A stretch of DNA of 57,932 bases from Thermotogota bacterium (GTDB lineage Bacteria > Bipolaricaulota > Bipolaricaulia > UBA7950 > UBA9294): assembly GCA_039679545.1 (NCBI GenBank), contig JBDKUT010000008.1:1-57932 (forward strand), in the 5' to 3' direction. Both the position numbers and the translations under genes were made by a program. The notes under the pieces are model-generated. The model was not told the origin of the DNA. It did no database searches and saw only the letters and a list, made by a program, of their open reading frames with translations. Positions 30,679 to 40,799 of the stretch are shown piece by piece (within the stretch, counting starts at the first letter, position 1; each line of letters opens with the position of its first letter).

Positions 30679-31194
30679 GCTCAGACTGCCCTGCTCGAGG
30701 GCGAGTAGGCGCTCCTTGAGCGGGAGTCCTCCGCCGAACCCCGTCAGGTTCCCGGACGTACCGATTACGCGATGGCAGGGGATGACGATCGGTACGGGGT
30801 TCGCGCCGACTGCTTGTCCAACGGCGCGCGTCGCCTGCGGACGGCCAATCCCCGCGGCCAGCGCTCCGTAGGTTGTCGTCTCACCGTACGGGATCTTGGC
30901 CACAGCCTGCCACACGCTCTCCTGAAACGGAGTCCCCCGAAGGTCGAGCGGCAGGTCAAACAATCGGCGCTCTCCGCAGAGGTAGCCGCGCACCTGCTGC
31001 AGGATCTCCTCATTCGACGCGTCGTCCGGGACTACGCGGGCCTTGAGCCGCTCGGCAAGCTGCGGGAACGGAGTCCCGACGAGGTCGACGAACCGAAGGC
31101 CCGCCGGCGACGACAGGATGTGGAACGTCCACCCCTCCCAACTCACGGCGCTCCCGTACAGCTTCTCCGGTAGAGACTTCGGACGCTGACTCAT
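30673..31194 (-). CDS. ogt: Methylated-DNA--protein-cysteine methyltransferase
   Basis: GTPFQ..VW, IPYGETTTY, RAVG, NPVPIVIPCHRV. Confidence 0.95.
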   Translation of the reverse strand: MSQRPKSLPEKLYGSAVSWEGWTFHILSSPAGLRFVDLVGTPFPQLAERLKARVVPDDASNEEILQQVRGYLCGERRLFDLPLDLRGTPFQESVWQAVAKIPYGETTTYGALAAGIGRPQATRAVGQAVGANPVPIVIPCHRVIGTSGNLTGFGGGLPLKERLLALEQGSLSL

Positions 31195-31249
31195 CGCGGC
31201 TCCTCGTAGATCGTAGTCGGTTCGAGGGTAGTGGTCTGAAGGCGAGATG

Positions 31250-31939
31250 TCAATCAGCCAGTCCGGGGTCGGTTTCCGAGAAGTGATTGGCCTGATAGAC
31301 ATCGACACGGAGAAGAGCCGACGTCCGCCAGGCATCGCGCGGGGCCCCATGCTTCCGGCACAGCTCTCCGAGGAAGACCTCCGGGTCGGTGAGCTCCTCC
31401 CACACCTGTGGGAGGAACGTCGACGTGCCGTACGTCGTCGTCAAGATGACTCCATCGATGCCCGGCCGGAGCTTCCGTAGGAGATCGTCGGGGCCGCTGG
31501 AGGCCAATTCATAGGGCTTCCCGAGGACGCTGATCTCGATCGTCAGGGCCGCGAGTTCCGCCTCACGGACGGCCGGGAAGCGGGGATCGGCTGTTGCGGC
31601 AAGAACGGCGTTTCGCTGGACGTTCTTGTAGATCGGCTCGTGCGCGGCGAAGGCGTCGAGGATGCAGCCACGGAGCGAGCCTCCTTTCGTTAGCGTCACG
31701 AAGCACGCAGCTATCTCGCGCGTTGCGGGGGTGAGAAGCGCGGCGTCGACGGGATCCGGCGGACGTCCCGCGAGGTTTGCCGTGAGCGACTCGCGCGCAA
31801 GCCATAGGAGAAAAGACTTCTCGTCCGGAGAGAGATTGACTGGCCCGGTTCTCGACACAGTGGCCTCCTTGGGGGCAAGGAACGCGTACCCGGCTGCCGC
31901 AACGACGGCTGCGATGATTAGAGCCCACCACCATCTCAT
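31250..31939 (-). CDS. amrA: AMMECR1-domain protein (AmmeMemoRadiSam A) with N-terminal membrane anchor
   Basis: ACFVTL...LRGCI, DPRFPAV, IEISVL, TFLPQVW, LCRKHG. Confidence 0.88.
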   Translation of the reverse strand: MRWWWALIIAAVVAAAGYAFLAPKEATVSRTGPVNLSPDEKSFLLWLARESLTANLAGRPPDPVDAALLTPATREIAACFVTLTKGGSLRGCILDAFAAHEPIYKNVQRNAVLAATADPRFPAVREAELAALTIEISVLGKPYELASSGPDDLLRKLRPGIDGVILTTTYGTSTFLPQVWEELTDPEVFLGELCRKHGAPRDAWRTSALLRVDVYQANHFSETDPGLAD

Positions 31940-32043
31940 CTCGTGCACCGCAGGTACGGTACGGGACGCCGATCGAAAAGGCAACGAGCCGTGACGCCGA
32001 AGGGGACACCGCCTATACTCGTCTGGAAAGCGAGGCGGCGTCT

Positions 32044-33117
32044 ATGCAAAAGGATATCGTGGCGTTGTTCTGCGAGTTCGTGCAGATCGACAGCGAGTCG
32101 GGCGACGAGGCGCGGTTTCTCCGACACCTGGCGGGAGTTCTGACGGAGGAACTCTCAGCCCGGTGCGAGTTTGATGCGTACGGCAACCTGATCGCACGCG
32201 TCGACGCAGCCGAGTCGGCCGCGCCCCCCGTCCTCCTCGGAGCGCACGGCGACACCGTGAAGCCGGGGCAAGGCATCGAGCCGGTCGTCGAGAAGGGAGT
32301 CGTCCACTCCTCGGGCGCAACCATCCTCGGCGCCGACGACAAGGCAGCGATCGCCGAGATCGTGGAGGCCGTTCGAACGGCCCGCCGTCACCCCCCGCTC
32401 GAGATCGTCGTCACGGTCGGAGAGGAGGTCGGCCTCCTCGGAGCGAGGAACCTTGACCTCAAGCGAATCCACTCGCGCCGGGCGTTCGTTGTCGACGGCG
32501 AACATTTGAATGAGGTGGTGATCGGAGGACCGACCCACGTGAACTTCGACATCGTCATCACCGGGAAGGCGGCACACGCGGGAATGGAACCGGAGAAGGG
32601 GATCTCCGCCATTCGCGTCGCGGCCAAGGCGATCGTCAGCATGCCCGAAGGGCGAATTGACTTTGAGACGACGGCCAACGTCGGCGTCATCGAAGGCGGC
32701 CTGATCCGAAACGGTGTGCCGGAGACGGTCAAGATCAAGGCCGAGTGCCGGAGCTTGACGCACGAGAAGGCACTCAAGCAGGCGCGGGCAATGCGCGATG
32801 CCTTCGAGGCGGCGGCGCGCGAAGCAGGCGCGAAGGTCGACATCGCAGAAGAGATCGAGTACGAGGCGATGTCGGTCCCCGAGGATTCCGAGCTTGTGCG
32901 CGTCGCCAAAGCAGCGATTCGATCGGTGGGGCTCGATCCCATCGCCAAGCGGGTTACCGGCGGCACCGACGCACTCATTCTGGCGAACCGCGGCCTCGAC
33001 GCGGTCGTTCTGGGATACGGCGGTGTGCAGGCGCACTCTCGCGACGAGTCGATCGAGGTCGCGGTGCTCGAGCGAGGGAGCGAGATCCTGCGCCACCTTC
33101 TGGAGGCGCTGGCGTAG
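32044..33117 (+). CDS. M20 family metallopeptidase (peptidase T-like)
   Basis: AHGDTV, LGADDKAA, GEEVGLLG, GGTD, AHSRDE. Confidence 0.93.
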   Translation: MQKDIVALFCEFVQIDSESGDEARFLRHLAGVLTEELSARCEFDAYGNLIARVDAAESAAPPVLLGAHGDTVKPGQGIEPVVEKGVVHSSGATILGADDKAAIAEIVEAVRTARRHPPLEIVVTVGEEVGLLGARNLDLKRIHSRRAFVVDGEHLNEVVIGGPTHVNFDIVITGKAAHAGMEPEKGISAIRVAAKAIVSMPEGRIDFETTANVGVIEGGLIRNGVPETVKIKAECRSLTHEKALKQARAMRDAFEAAAREAGAKVDIAEEIEYEAMSVPEDSELVRVAKAAIRSVGLDPIAKRVTGGTDALILANRGLDAVVLGYGGVQAHSRDESIEVAVLERGSEILRHLLEALA

Positions 33118-33186
33118 GCCGGCGCCTCGGCTCCGGGCCGGTTGACGGGGAGCGAGGGCGGACGGTAGAATCCCGCTTGCATAGAT

Positions 33187-33262
33187 TCCTCGGTAGCTCA
33201 ATTGGCAGAGCGCTCGGCTGTTAACCGAATGGTTGGAGGTTCGAGTCCTCCCCGGGGAGCCA
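33187..33262 (+). tRNA. tRNA-Asn (GTT)
   Basis: 76-nt cloverleaf, anticodon loop CTGTTAA, GTTCGAG T-loop, encoded CCA. Confidence 0.97.
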
Positions 33263-34678
33263 GGTAGGACAGGTCTGCCATTTCGCTATCCCTGCAAACG
33301 GTTCCTTGTAGAGAGGTTCTACACTGTCGGACTTCACGATGCAGTTCGAACACACGGCGCGGAGGAGCGCAGCCCTTTCCTCATGCGAGTGCTCCAAGTA
33401 CGCTTCGGGCAGGCGTTTCACGAGTTCTATCACTGTACGAACCGCTTGAGGATCGAAGTCGTCATCGGCGGCGAGCTTCGCCATCTCCTCGCGTACCATA
33501 GCGAGTCGCCCCGCTTGCTGGGCATCACGACGCGTCCACTGCTCCTCCGTGATCTTCCCGTCTACGCGGTCCTCGTACATGGCGTCCATGCGCTCGATGA
33601 TCGTCTTCTCTTCAGCCTTGAGCGCCATACGTCGGGCTACCCGGTCGCGGCGGCGGTCTTCGTTCGACCCGAGAACGAAGTCCATGAGTTGCTCGGCTAC
33701 GTCATCGGACATCCTCAGCGGCTCCAGGACGCCTGCTAATGCATCCGAGAGGGCGTCCTGCGACCAGTTGCGCTGCTCGCATGGACCGTGGTTGTGAGTG
33801 CAGTGGTAGTAGACGTAGCGCCCTTTCTTCAATTCGGCCGTGAGCTGGCACCCGCAGTATCCGCACGTCGCCAGGCCGCGATAGGGGAATTCCATGCGGA
33901 CCCTCTTCGGCGCACCGCGGCTGTGGAGTTTCTCCTGTACTGCAGCGAACAAGCTTTCGTCGATGAGCGGCTCGTGTGTCCCAGTGTAGACCCTGTCACG
34001 GAAGCGGAACCGACCCACATAGACGGGGTTCTGCAGGATCTCGTGAATGACGGCCTTGGACATCGGCTTGCCGTAGCGGGACCGAATCCCTCTCGCCTTG
34101 GCCCAGGCCGCGAGAGTTGCCAGCGAGTCGTCTGTCCGCGCGTAGCGCAAGAACAGGGCACGCACCATCTGACCGTTCGCGGGGTCGATCACGATGTTGC
34201 GGTTGCTGTTCACGTAGCCAATCGGCGCGTAGGTGGGATAGATACCAGCCTTCGCCTTTGTCAGCAGTGCCGCCCGCGTCCGCTCCGAAAGCTGTGCTGA
34301 GTAGAAGCGGGCGAAGGACGCGAGGTTGTCTGACACAAGTCGTCCCGCTGAATTCGCTGGCAAGTCCTCAGTGACAGAGATGAGGTTCACGCCGAGTTTA
34401 TCTACGAGCATTCCGTAGTCGTAGAGGTTGCGGGAAGAGCGGTCGATCTTGTAGACGAGAACAGCCTTCACGTCGGGATTCCCCCGCAGGAACTCAACCA
34501 TTCGCTCGAATCCAGTCCGGCCCAGCGTGAACCCTGATTCCTGCCCCACAAACGTGGCCACGACCTCAATGCCGTGCTTGGCGGCGTACTCCTCGCGCGC
34601 CTGACGCTGCGTGTCAAGCGAATAGCCGTCTAGTTGACCGCTATAGGACACTCGTTCGTAGGCTACGGCCTTTGTCAT
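33221..34678 (-). CDS. Large serine recombinase (integrase)
   Basis: AYERVS catalytic Ser, KIDRSSRN, APIGY, HEPLI, zinc ribbon CGYCG/YYHC; C-terminus encoded antisense to the tRNA. Confidence 0.95.
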   Translation of the reverse strand: MTKAVAYERVSYSGQLDGYSLDTQRQAREEYAAKHGIEVVATFVGQESGFTLGRTGFERMVEFLRGNPDVKAVLVYKIDRSSRNLYDYGMLVDKLGVNLISVTEDLPANSAGRLVSDNLASFARFYSAQLSERTRAALLTKAKAGIYPTYAPIGYVNSNRNIVIDPANGQMVRALFLRYARTDDSLATLAAWAKARGIRSRYGKPMSKAVIHEILQNPVYVGRFRFRDRVYTGTHEPLIDESLFAAVQEKLHSRGAPKRVRMEFPYRGLATCGYCGCQLTAELKKGRYVYYHCTHNHGPCEQRNWSQDALSDALAGVLEPLRMSDDVAEQLMDFVLGSNEDRRRDRVARRMALKAEEKTIIERMDAMYEDRVDGKITEEQWTRRDAQQAGRLAMVREEMAKLAADDDFDPQAVRTVIELVKRLPEAYLEHSHEERAALLRAVCSNCIVKSDSVEPLYKEPFAGIAKWQTCPTWLPGEDSNLQPFG

Positions 34679-34689
34679 GGCCCCTCAGT

Positions 34690-34830
34690 CTAGTCCTCCC
34701 CAAACTGCTGTGCCAAGAGCCTCCGGGCCTGATCATTGTCAACGGATGCCCAGCGCAACAGAACTCGCACGAACTCACGAGCATTGGCCTCGGCATCTGT
34801 CTCGGGCGCTGGCTCTCGTGTGTTGGACAT
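34690..34830 (-). CDS. 46-aa protein immediately upstream of the integrase (possible directionality factor)
   Basis: MSNTREPAPETDAEANAREFVRVLLRWA...QQFGED; function inferred from position only. Confidence 0.45.
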   Translation of the reverse strand: MSNTREPAPETDAEANAREFVRVLLRWASVDNDQARRLLAQQFGED

Positions 34831-36306
34831 GTGGAATCGTCTCTTCGGTTCTCCTATACCGGTTGGCAGACCACTCCAACCCGTATTGCTCCGGCCCGTG
34901 TAGTGGGACTACCGGAGGGCGACTCAAGCGCGGGTTTGTCGACCGCCCTTCTCGTGGGCCAGTCGCTCCGGCTCCCTGGACGCAACTGCGAGCCTTTGAC
35001 AGCTCTGCGCCGCCTCACAAGCAGGCGTAGGGACATCTCGCCGTATGCTTCGGTCGTGTATGGGGTAGGCCTCGCCAGGCTTCGCCCCCGGGGCGGGTTG
35101 TTCACCCCCCCGCGCGTACCGGTGGCCATCCGATGGGAAAACGTCCGGGCGGCGAGCCCCGGGCGAGCAGTTTTGGCGCTCGGCGTTTGCTGGGCCGATG
35201 GATGGTTTTTGGTCAGGTTCCACCCGAGAAACCCCCTGTTCCGTCCGTCTTGTCGAAGGTCTCTCGGGGGAAAAGAGAGAGACCGCCCTGTCCGTCACAA
35301 GGTCAGTCTCACAGGCAATCTCAGTCTCAATTGGCAGCGAGAGTGTTCGTCCCTGGTGCGCGGCCGGGCAGTGACTCTGCCGTCGCGCGCAGGGGCAAGA
35401 ACTCCCAATAACAATCTACGCGATACAGGGCATCATCGTCAAGGGTAGCGGAGACAGGTGGAGTCTCCCATATATGGCGAATGGAAGCGACACACACAGC
35501 GAGGCGGGCCGAAGTGGCTCCCTGCGGCCTTCAGTATGGCGTCACGGCTGCCAACGGCTGGCGCTCTGCGGCTATGTGGGCTCGATAGTGAATCAGCAAT
35601 GCTCTCGCCACCGCGCTCCGCGACCAGCGCTGCCCCGTCGCCACGGGTGATTCCATCCGCAGTTGCAGGACCCACCGCTCGTGCAGCTGAGAGCCACGAG
35701 ATCGCTGCGCTCTGCGTCTGTCGGGCAGGGCCTTCCCCGCCCGTTTCTCGGCGCGCCCCGTGAATCCTCCCACTACGTGAATCTCCTCCATAGACTCCCC
35801 GCCGTGAGTTGGGTGTGCGGTTCGTGATGCTGGTTCTCTCGTTCCCTCGGCGAATGGCCGTGCAGCAATCGCCAAGGCAACGACGCTAGGATCGCCCTCG
35901 ACCGACGCTTGAGGACTTGGCCAAGCAGAGCCGCAGCTGCGCTCCTGCATCTCGGGATTGCCCTGATGGCCGCCTTTGGCTACGCGGTGCAACCCTTTGG
36001 CAGGGTGGGCGGCGCTCAGATATGGGAGCGGGCCAATTCGTCAGAACGGGCCGCTTCACGAACCCGATTCCCGGACGGCCGAGCTCGCCTCTGTGGGTTC
36101 TGTGACTCCGTTTGTTCGGCGTCGTCCGCTGCCTTCGGGCGGGAGAGACGTTAGGGCAGTCGAGAGGGCTCGGCCTAACACCCAGCAGGCACGTTGACGT
36201 GAGGTCGTCCACGTCTTCCTAGGGCGGCAGTTTCCACTCTAACTCCGGCGTCCGCCGCATATGGTATAGTCTGACGGGATTCAATGCACGAGCAGGAGGG
36301 AAGATC

Positions 36307-36819
36307 ATGAAGCGAGCATTATTCTCAGCTGCGACGATTGCGCTGCTGTTAGGCGTGATCGCATCGGCACAGATCAAGGACGAAATCTGGGCAACAGTCC
36401 CGGTGAACACAAGGATCGAGTTCGTCGCTCGTGCGTATGATGGAAGCGTCTTCGCTTACGTCCAGGCGCTCTGGGCGGCGCCGGGTTCTGAGGTATTCGC
36501 TGGCGAGATCGGCCCGAAGTTGATCGCTGCTGCAAGACTCATGTTTGACGGGCGCGAGGCGCTCATGGTCTTTGTGGCTCCCGCTACGACAGGATACTTC
36601 TGGCCTACCGATCTCGCTTTTGTGCAGGGCTACACGCAATACGGAGTCGGCTACGGTGACTACTTCGCGCTGTCCGGTCCCTTCTCGGGACAGCTCCTTT
36701 CTGGTACGGTCTCCGTGGGGTTTGTTGCGCTCCCTTCTGCTCTGGACCTGACGAAGGCACTCATGCTCTACTACGACGACAAGATGCAGGGCCCGATGGG
36801 CCCGTTTCGCCTTCCGTAG
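36307..36819 (+). CDS. Exported hypothetical protein
   Basis: AGGAGG RBS, signal peptide ending ASA, upstream TGGTATAGT extended -10. Confidence 0.8.
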   Translation: MKRALFSAATIALLLGVIASAQIKDEIWATVPVNTRIEFVARAYDGSVFAYVQALWAAPGSEVFAGEIGPKLIAAARLMFDGREALMVFVAPATTGYFWPTDLAFVQGYTQYGVGYGDYFALSGPFSGQLLSGTVSVGFVALPSALDLTKALMLYYDDKMQGPMGPFRLP

Positions 36820-37062
36820 CTATCGTTCTCACGTCTTCGTTTGAGATCGGCTGACGCCGCACCCGTAGCCTACGCGATCGAGCGTAATGCCCCTCCAATC
36901 GCCCCGGGCGCCTCTCCCTACCTGAGGAGAGAGGCCGACCGACGGCCGAAGTAGCAGGACGGCGCGGCAGAAGCCACCGCAACGTGGTCAGCGTAGATGC
37001 GGCGCGAGAACTCGTACCCGATCGAGCGTAGGGCGATAGCCTAGGTCCAATGCCGACGGCTA

Positions 37063-37473
37063 CTAGTACAAGTACGAGTATTCTGCCACCAGTGCGGCAT
37101 ACACGACGAGATAGACCGCGACGACCAGCACACCTTCTGTGGCCCACCCATAGAGCGCATTCTTCGTTCGTATCCTCTTCCACTCTTCTTTGTATCCCTC
37201 AAGAAACCCACGTTTGTAGTCATCCGACCCTGGTAAGGACTGCATCTGCGCGGGAGACGGAGCCTGGCCGTCTGCAAGGAGAGAGTACGCTACGTAGACT
37301 ATCCCCAGGAAGAACCCCCCAGCAAATGACGCACCAGGGCGGATCTGTTGAACCGCGAGGCTCCGGCCTTCGTTGTACCCATCCATGTAGCCCTTCTGTG
37401 CTTGCGCTGCACTGCATAGTGACACGGCGAGAATCAAGACACCGGCCACACACACCAGTCTTCGAGGCTTCAC
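37063..37473 (-). CDS. Exported/membrane hypothetical protein with GYxxGY repeats
   Basis: Signal peptide, GYMDGYNEG and YKRGFLEGY, two further hydrophobic segments. Confidence 0.7.
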   Translation of the reverse strand: MKPRRLVCVAGVLILAVSLCSAAQAQKGYMDGYNEGRSLAVQQIRPGASFAGGFFLGIVYVAYSLLADGQAPSPAQMQSLPGSDDYKRGFLEGYKEEWKRIRTKNALYGWATEGVLVVAVYLVVYAALVAEYSYLY

Positions 37474-37496
37474 AGGTCCTCCTTTACCTCCGCACC

Positions 37497-37886
37497 CTAG
37501 AGACGTTGAAGCGGGACCGGGCCGGTAGTTGATAGGTTCGTTTCCAGAGTGTAGTTCAGAGTGTTGCTGTCGACCTTGTCGAACTTCATCCGCATGTAGC
37601 CATCGCCCGCCGGGACGCGGAACGCGTATACCGTGTCAGTTATTGTCTCGGTCACGTTCGTATTGGATTGTTTGTACAGCTCTCCGAGATCTAGGGTGGT
37701 TAGACCTATGGTCTCGAGAACGGTGGTTTCGGTGAACGTGAAGGAGAACATGCTAGTGTCTGACGCTGGAGCCCACTCCCCCCAGATCCAGGCAGGCGGG
37801 TGGAGTTTGTATGGGTCGACTAGTTCACATCCTGCGAGGAAGAGCAGGAGAACAAGACAGGCAACCGTAACTACTCGCATCTTCAT
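37497..37886 (-). CDS. Lipoprotein
   Basis: Lipobox LAGC, GGAGG RBS. Confidence 0.8.
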   Translation of the reverse strand: MKMRVVTVACLVLLLFLAGCELVDPYKLHPPAWIWGEWAPASDTSMFSFTFTETTVLETIGLTTLDLGELYKQSNTNVTETITDTVYAFRVPAGDGYMRMKFDKVDSNTLNYTLETNLSTTGPVPLQRL

Positions 37887-38088
37887 TGGTCAACCTCCCT
37901 GGGGAGTCTACCCCAACCTCCGATTCCTGGGCAAACGCCAGCAACCGAAGCCCGTCAGCTGATCGAGCGTAGCGGCCCGCAGATTGCCCCGAACGAGCCG
38001 AGGCTAGAAGGGGGGGAGGCGGCTCGTCTACCGAACGGCCACAGCGACCGGCGACGGACAGGCGCGCGAATCACCCCCCTAGCACCAT

Positions 38089-39429
38089 CTATCTCCACAG
38101 CAAGAGTGCGGGGACGCCCGCCAACGCCGCCACAGTGCAGAGCAGTACTACCACTGGCATCAAGCATCCGATGCCTGTCGGAGAGCGAGATCGCCGAAGT
38201 AGTTCGGCAAGACGGCGCGTTGCTTGTGAAGCCCGTGGGAGATCGCCGCGCACATTCGTGAAACAGAATCCACCCTCGGGAACGCGCTCTGCTATACCCT
38301 CCGCAAGCGCCCGCTCGGGCGACTCAAGGAAGACTCTCCCGGGATGCTCGGCCTGTGCAAAGAAAGCGTCGTAGTCGTCGAACAGTGACTCATAGGTCTG
38401 CAACAAGGCTTGCATGAGGAGTGCTGGAGGGCCAGGCCCAACGTCCATCGAGCGAGCGTCCCTGTAACCTGTTCCAAGGCCGCGGAGTAGCTCTTCAATG
38501 CGCTCGAAGTGGCTCTGGACTTCATGTCTAGGGGTCTTCTCCGAGAAGGTCGCGAGTCCTGTCCTCAGCAGCCCTGCAAATGCCTCGACGGTCGCCTCCT
38601 GCAGGGCAAGGTGCCGTTCACAGGTTCTCGAAACCTGGTCTGCGGAGAGCGGCACTTGCGGCGGACTGACATTACGGACATCAGACTCTGCCCGGATGAT
38701 ATCAAGGAGGCCGCGCAAGCTAGCGAATCCATCCACCGTTCGCTGGAGGAACGCACGCGATTCCTCTGATAGGAACACCTTCGGAGCATCTACGGCTGCC
38801 GCCGGAGATAACGCGGTCTCCGAAGTGGACGGGGGTTGCTCGCGGTGGGGGATGGCTTCACTCTCCTGGGCCGCCAGACTCGGAGGCGGTGACGGGAACT
38901 GGGCCTCCCGGTGGAGCCGCGCCCACTGGAGAAGCTGGCTGCCATCCACCAGGCGAATCGGCTTGCCCTCCGCGAAAGAGGCTGCAGCGGCCGAGAAGGA
39001 ACCGGTGGTAACTAGGTGCGCCTCATCAGCATGCACGTGCATCAGCACACCATAGAGGTCGCGCACTTCTCTCTGCCCCACACTCCCTTTCCACTTCTTG
39101 CACTGGACTACTGCTCTCCTGCCGTCGGACGGTCGTGAGAGGTTGATGTCGATCCCCATGTCGCCGGTTCTGGGTGTGAGAGCTGATTGCCAGCCTTCTG
39201 ACTCGAAGAGCGCGGCCACAAAAGACTCGAACTCCTCGGCAGTGAGTGTGCCGATCTCTCTGTCCAGAGAAACCCGGAGGGACAGATGCTCCTTCTGGAG
39301 TCGAATCCCTGTACTGCGGCGCGTTTCGCGGAGGAGCATCTTCTGTCTCCGCGCGGCGTCCCTCTGCCACTGCTTGTAGGCATTGACGCCGACTCTGAAT
39401 AGCAGGTCACTCCACTTCACGCTGGCCAC
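38089..39429 (-). CDS. Mrr-family (type IV-like) restriction endonuclease with C-terminal TM helix
   Basis: EFESFVAALF, GDMGID, VVQCKK, LVTTGSFS, LVDG. Confidence 0.85.
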   Translation of the reverse strand: MASVKWSDLLFRVGVNAYKQWQRDAARRQKMLLRETRRSTGIRLQKEHLSLRVSLDREIGTLTAEEFESFVAALFESEGWQSALTPRTGDMGIDINLSRPSDGRRAVVQCKKWKGSVGQREVRDLYGVLMHVHADEAHLVTTGSFSAAAASFAEGKPIRLVDGSQLLQWARLHREAQFPSPPPSLAAQESEAIPHREQPPSTSETALSPAAAVDAPKVFLSEESRAFLQRTVDGFASLRGLLDIIRAESDVRNVSPPQVPLSADQVSRTCERHLALQEATVEAFAGLLRTGLATFSEKTPRHEVQSHFERIEELLRGLGTGYRDARSMDVGPGPPALLMQALLQTYESLFDDYDAFFAQAEHPGRVFLESPERALAEGIAERVPEGGFCFTNVRGDLPRASQATRRLAELLRRSRSPTGIGCLMPVVVLLCTVAALAGVPALLLWR

Positions 39430-39843
39430 CTCTGCCCGCTACGAAAGGTGCTCGGCAACACCGCCTTGGCAGCGATCCCAACGGCAGGGAACATCTCCAT
39501 AGAAGTGCCTTCCTCCCTGTAGTACAGCAGACCTCTGGAACGGCAGCCGTCTTCCCGTGGGACCACATCCCGCACCATTCTACAAGGCAGGGGAGTGTGT
39601 CAAGTCCGACCCGTCCAGCGGTTTCCCGCACGGGTGCGTCGGATCAAGCCAGAGGCGCTTTCAGTGGCGCAGAGGAAGCAGCGAGTATCCGAGGCAGCGT
39701 AAGAGTTCCCCATATATGAAGCCGCGTCCAAGCAGACCGAGAAGGCCCAAACCGGCGCGCATGTCAAAGTCGATCCACGTCTACGTGACGGGTCCCATCT
39801 ACTGGACCGTGTGACTCCGGCTTATGTGCCTGGCCCGCTACCA

Positions 39844-40434
39844 TCACGCTACTTCGACCGGCGTTCTGCGAAAGGACTTGAGAGCGCCCTCAAGCTCTTC
39901 GTCGACGATGTGCGTATAAATCTGAGTTGTCGAGAGGTTCGCGTGTCCGAGCGCCTTCTGTGTGAGTCGGATGTTCGTCGTCTGCCGGTAGAGGTCAGTT
40001 GCGAATGAGTGCCTCAGCGTGTGCGGGTGCACGTCCTTCACGATCCCGGCTTTCGTTGCGTACCGCTTCACCATCCGCTGCACGTATCGAGGGTCCAGGT
40101 TGCCGCCTTCCTTGGTCGTGAAGACGCTCTCCGAACGTCCGGTGCCTTCTTTGGCCTGTCTCTCTCTCCACCCTACAAGCGCGGCGAGGTTGCTTTCGCC
40201 CGTCCACAGTGTCCGATCCTTGGCGCCCTTGCCTTGCCGGACCATCACCTTGCCGGAGTTGAGGTCGACGTCCTTCCAGCGAAGATTGATCGCCTCGGAC
40301 AGTCGCAAGCCAGTATCGAGCATCACGCGGAGCATCACGCGGTTCCGATGCCCGGTGAAGTATCGCGGGTTGGGTTGTGAAACGAGCGCCTCTTGTTCGG
40401 TTTCCGTCAGCACTTCGGGAATCTTCCTTCCCAT
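39844..40434 (-). CDS. Small tyrosine recombinase (catalytic domain only; resolvase/invertase-like)
   Basis: TGLRLSE, GKGAKDR, HPHTLRHSFAT, LGHANLSTTQIY; 196 aa. Confidence 0.93.
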   Translation of the reverse strand: MGRKIPEVLTETEQEALVSQPNPRYFTGHRNRVMLRVMLDTGLRLSEAINLRWKDVDLNSGKVMVRQGKGAKDRTLWTGESNLAALVGWRERQAKEGTGRSESVFTTKEGGNLDPRYVQRMVKRYATKAGIVKDVHPHTLRHSFATDLYRQTTNIRLTQKALGHANLSTTQIYTHIVDEELEGALKSFRRTPVEVA

Positions 40435-40448
40435 GTTCGCCTCCGTAT

Positions 40449-40528
40449 TAGTCCGTCTTCTGACCCTTATGCGGACTCATGCACAGACGATAGCGCGTCT
40501 CGAAGACCTTGTCAACAGAAAGCGGACT
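40449..40528 (-). promoter_or_regulatory. Recombinase promoter (TTGACA-17-TATCGT) with three AGTCCG half-sites
   Basis: agtccg at 40450, cggact at 40472 and 40523. Confidence 0.55.
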
Positions 40529-40799
40529 GATTCACGGGCGGGCGTCCAAGAGGCACTCGCGCCCTCTCCGGGATACAGGTGAGCCGGTTGCGGAGCCCGA
40601 TCGCGTATGAAGGCCGCTATTCCCTTCGGTCGACTGAACCTCACCCCAGACCGTATGCACCAGTCTCGTCTACGTGCACCCCGCGGCTGAGGCGTTGGGC
40701 AGCGTTGGCGCTGGTGAACTAGACTGACTCGACGAGCAGACCGAATGGCAAGGCAGGCGAGAACATTCGGGGCCGGTTCGAGTCAGGAGGTGCAGGATC

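Noticed and set aside
36150-36179. Integron attC-like GTTAGG...CCTAAC
   Set aside because: Core sites are in the wrong order for attC, there is a single instance, and the nearby tyrosine recombinase lacks the IntI-specific insertion
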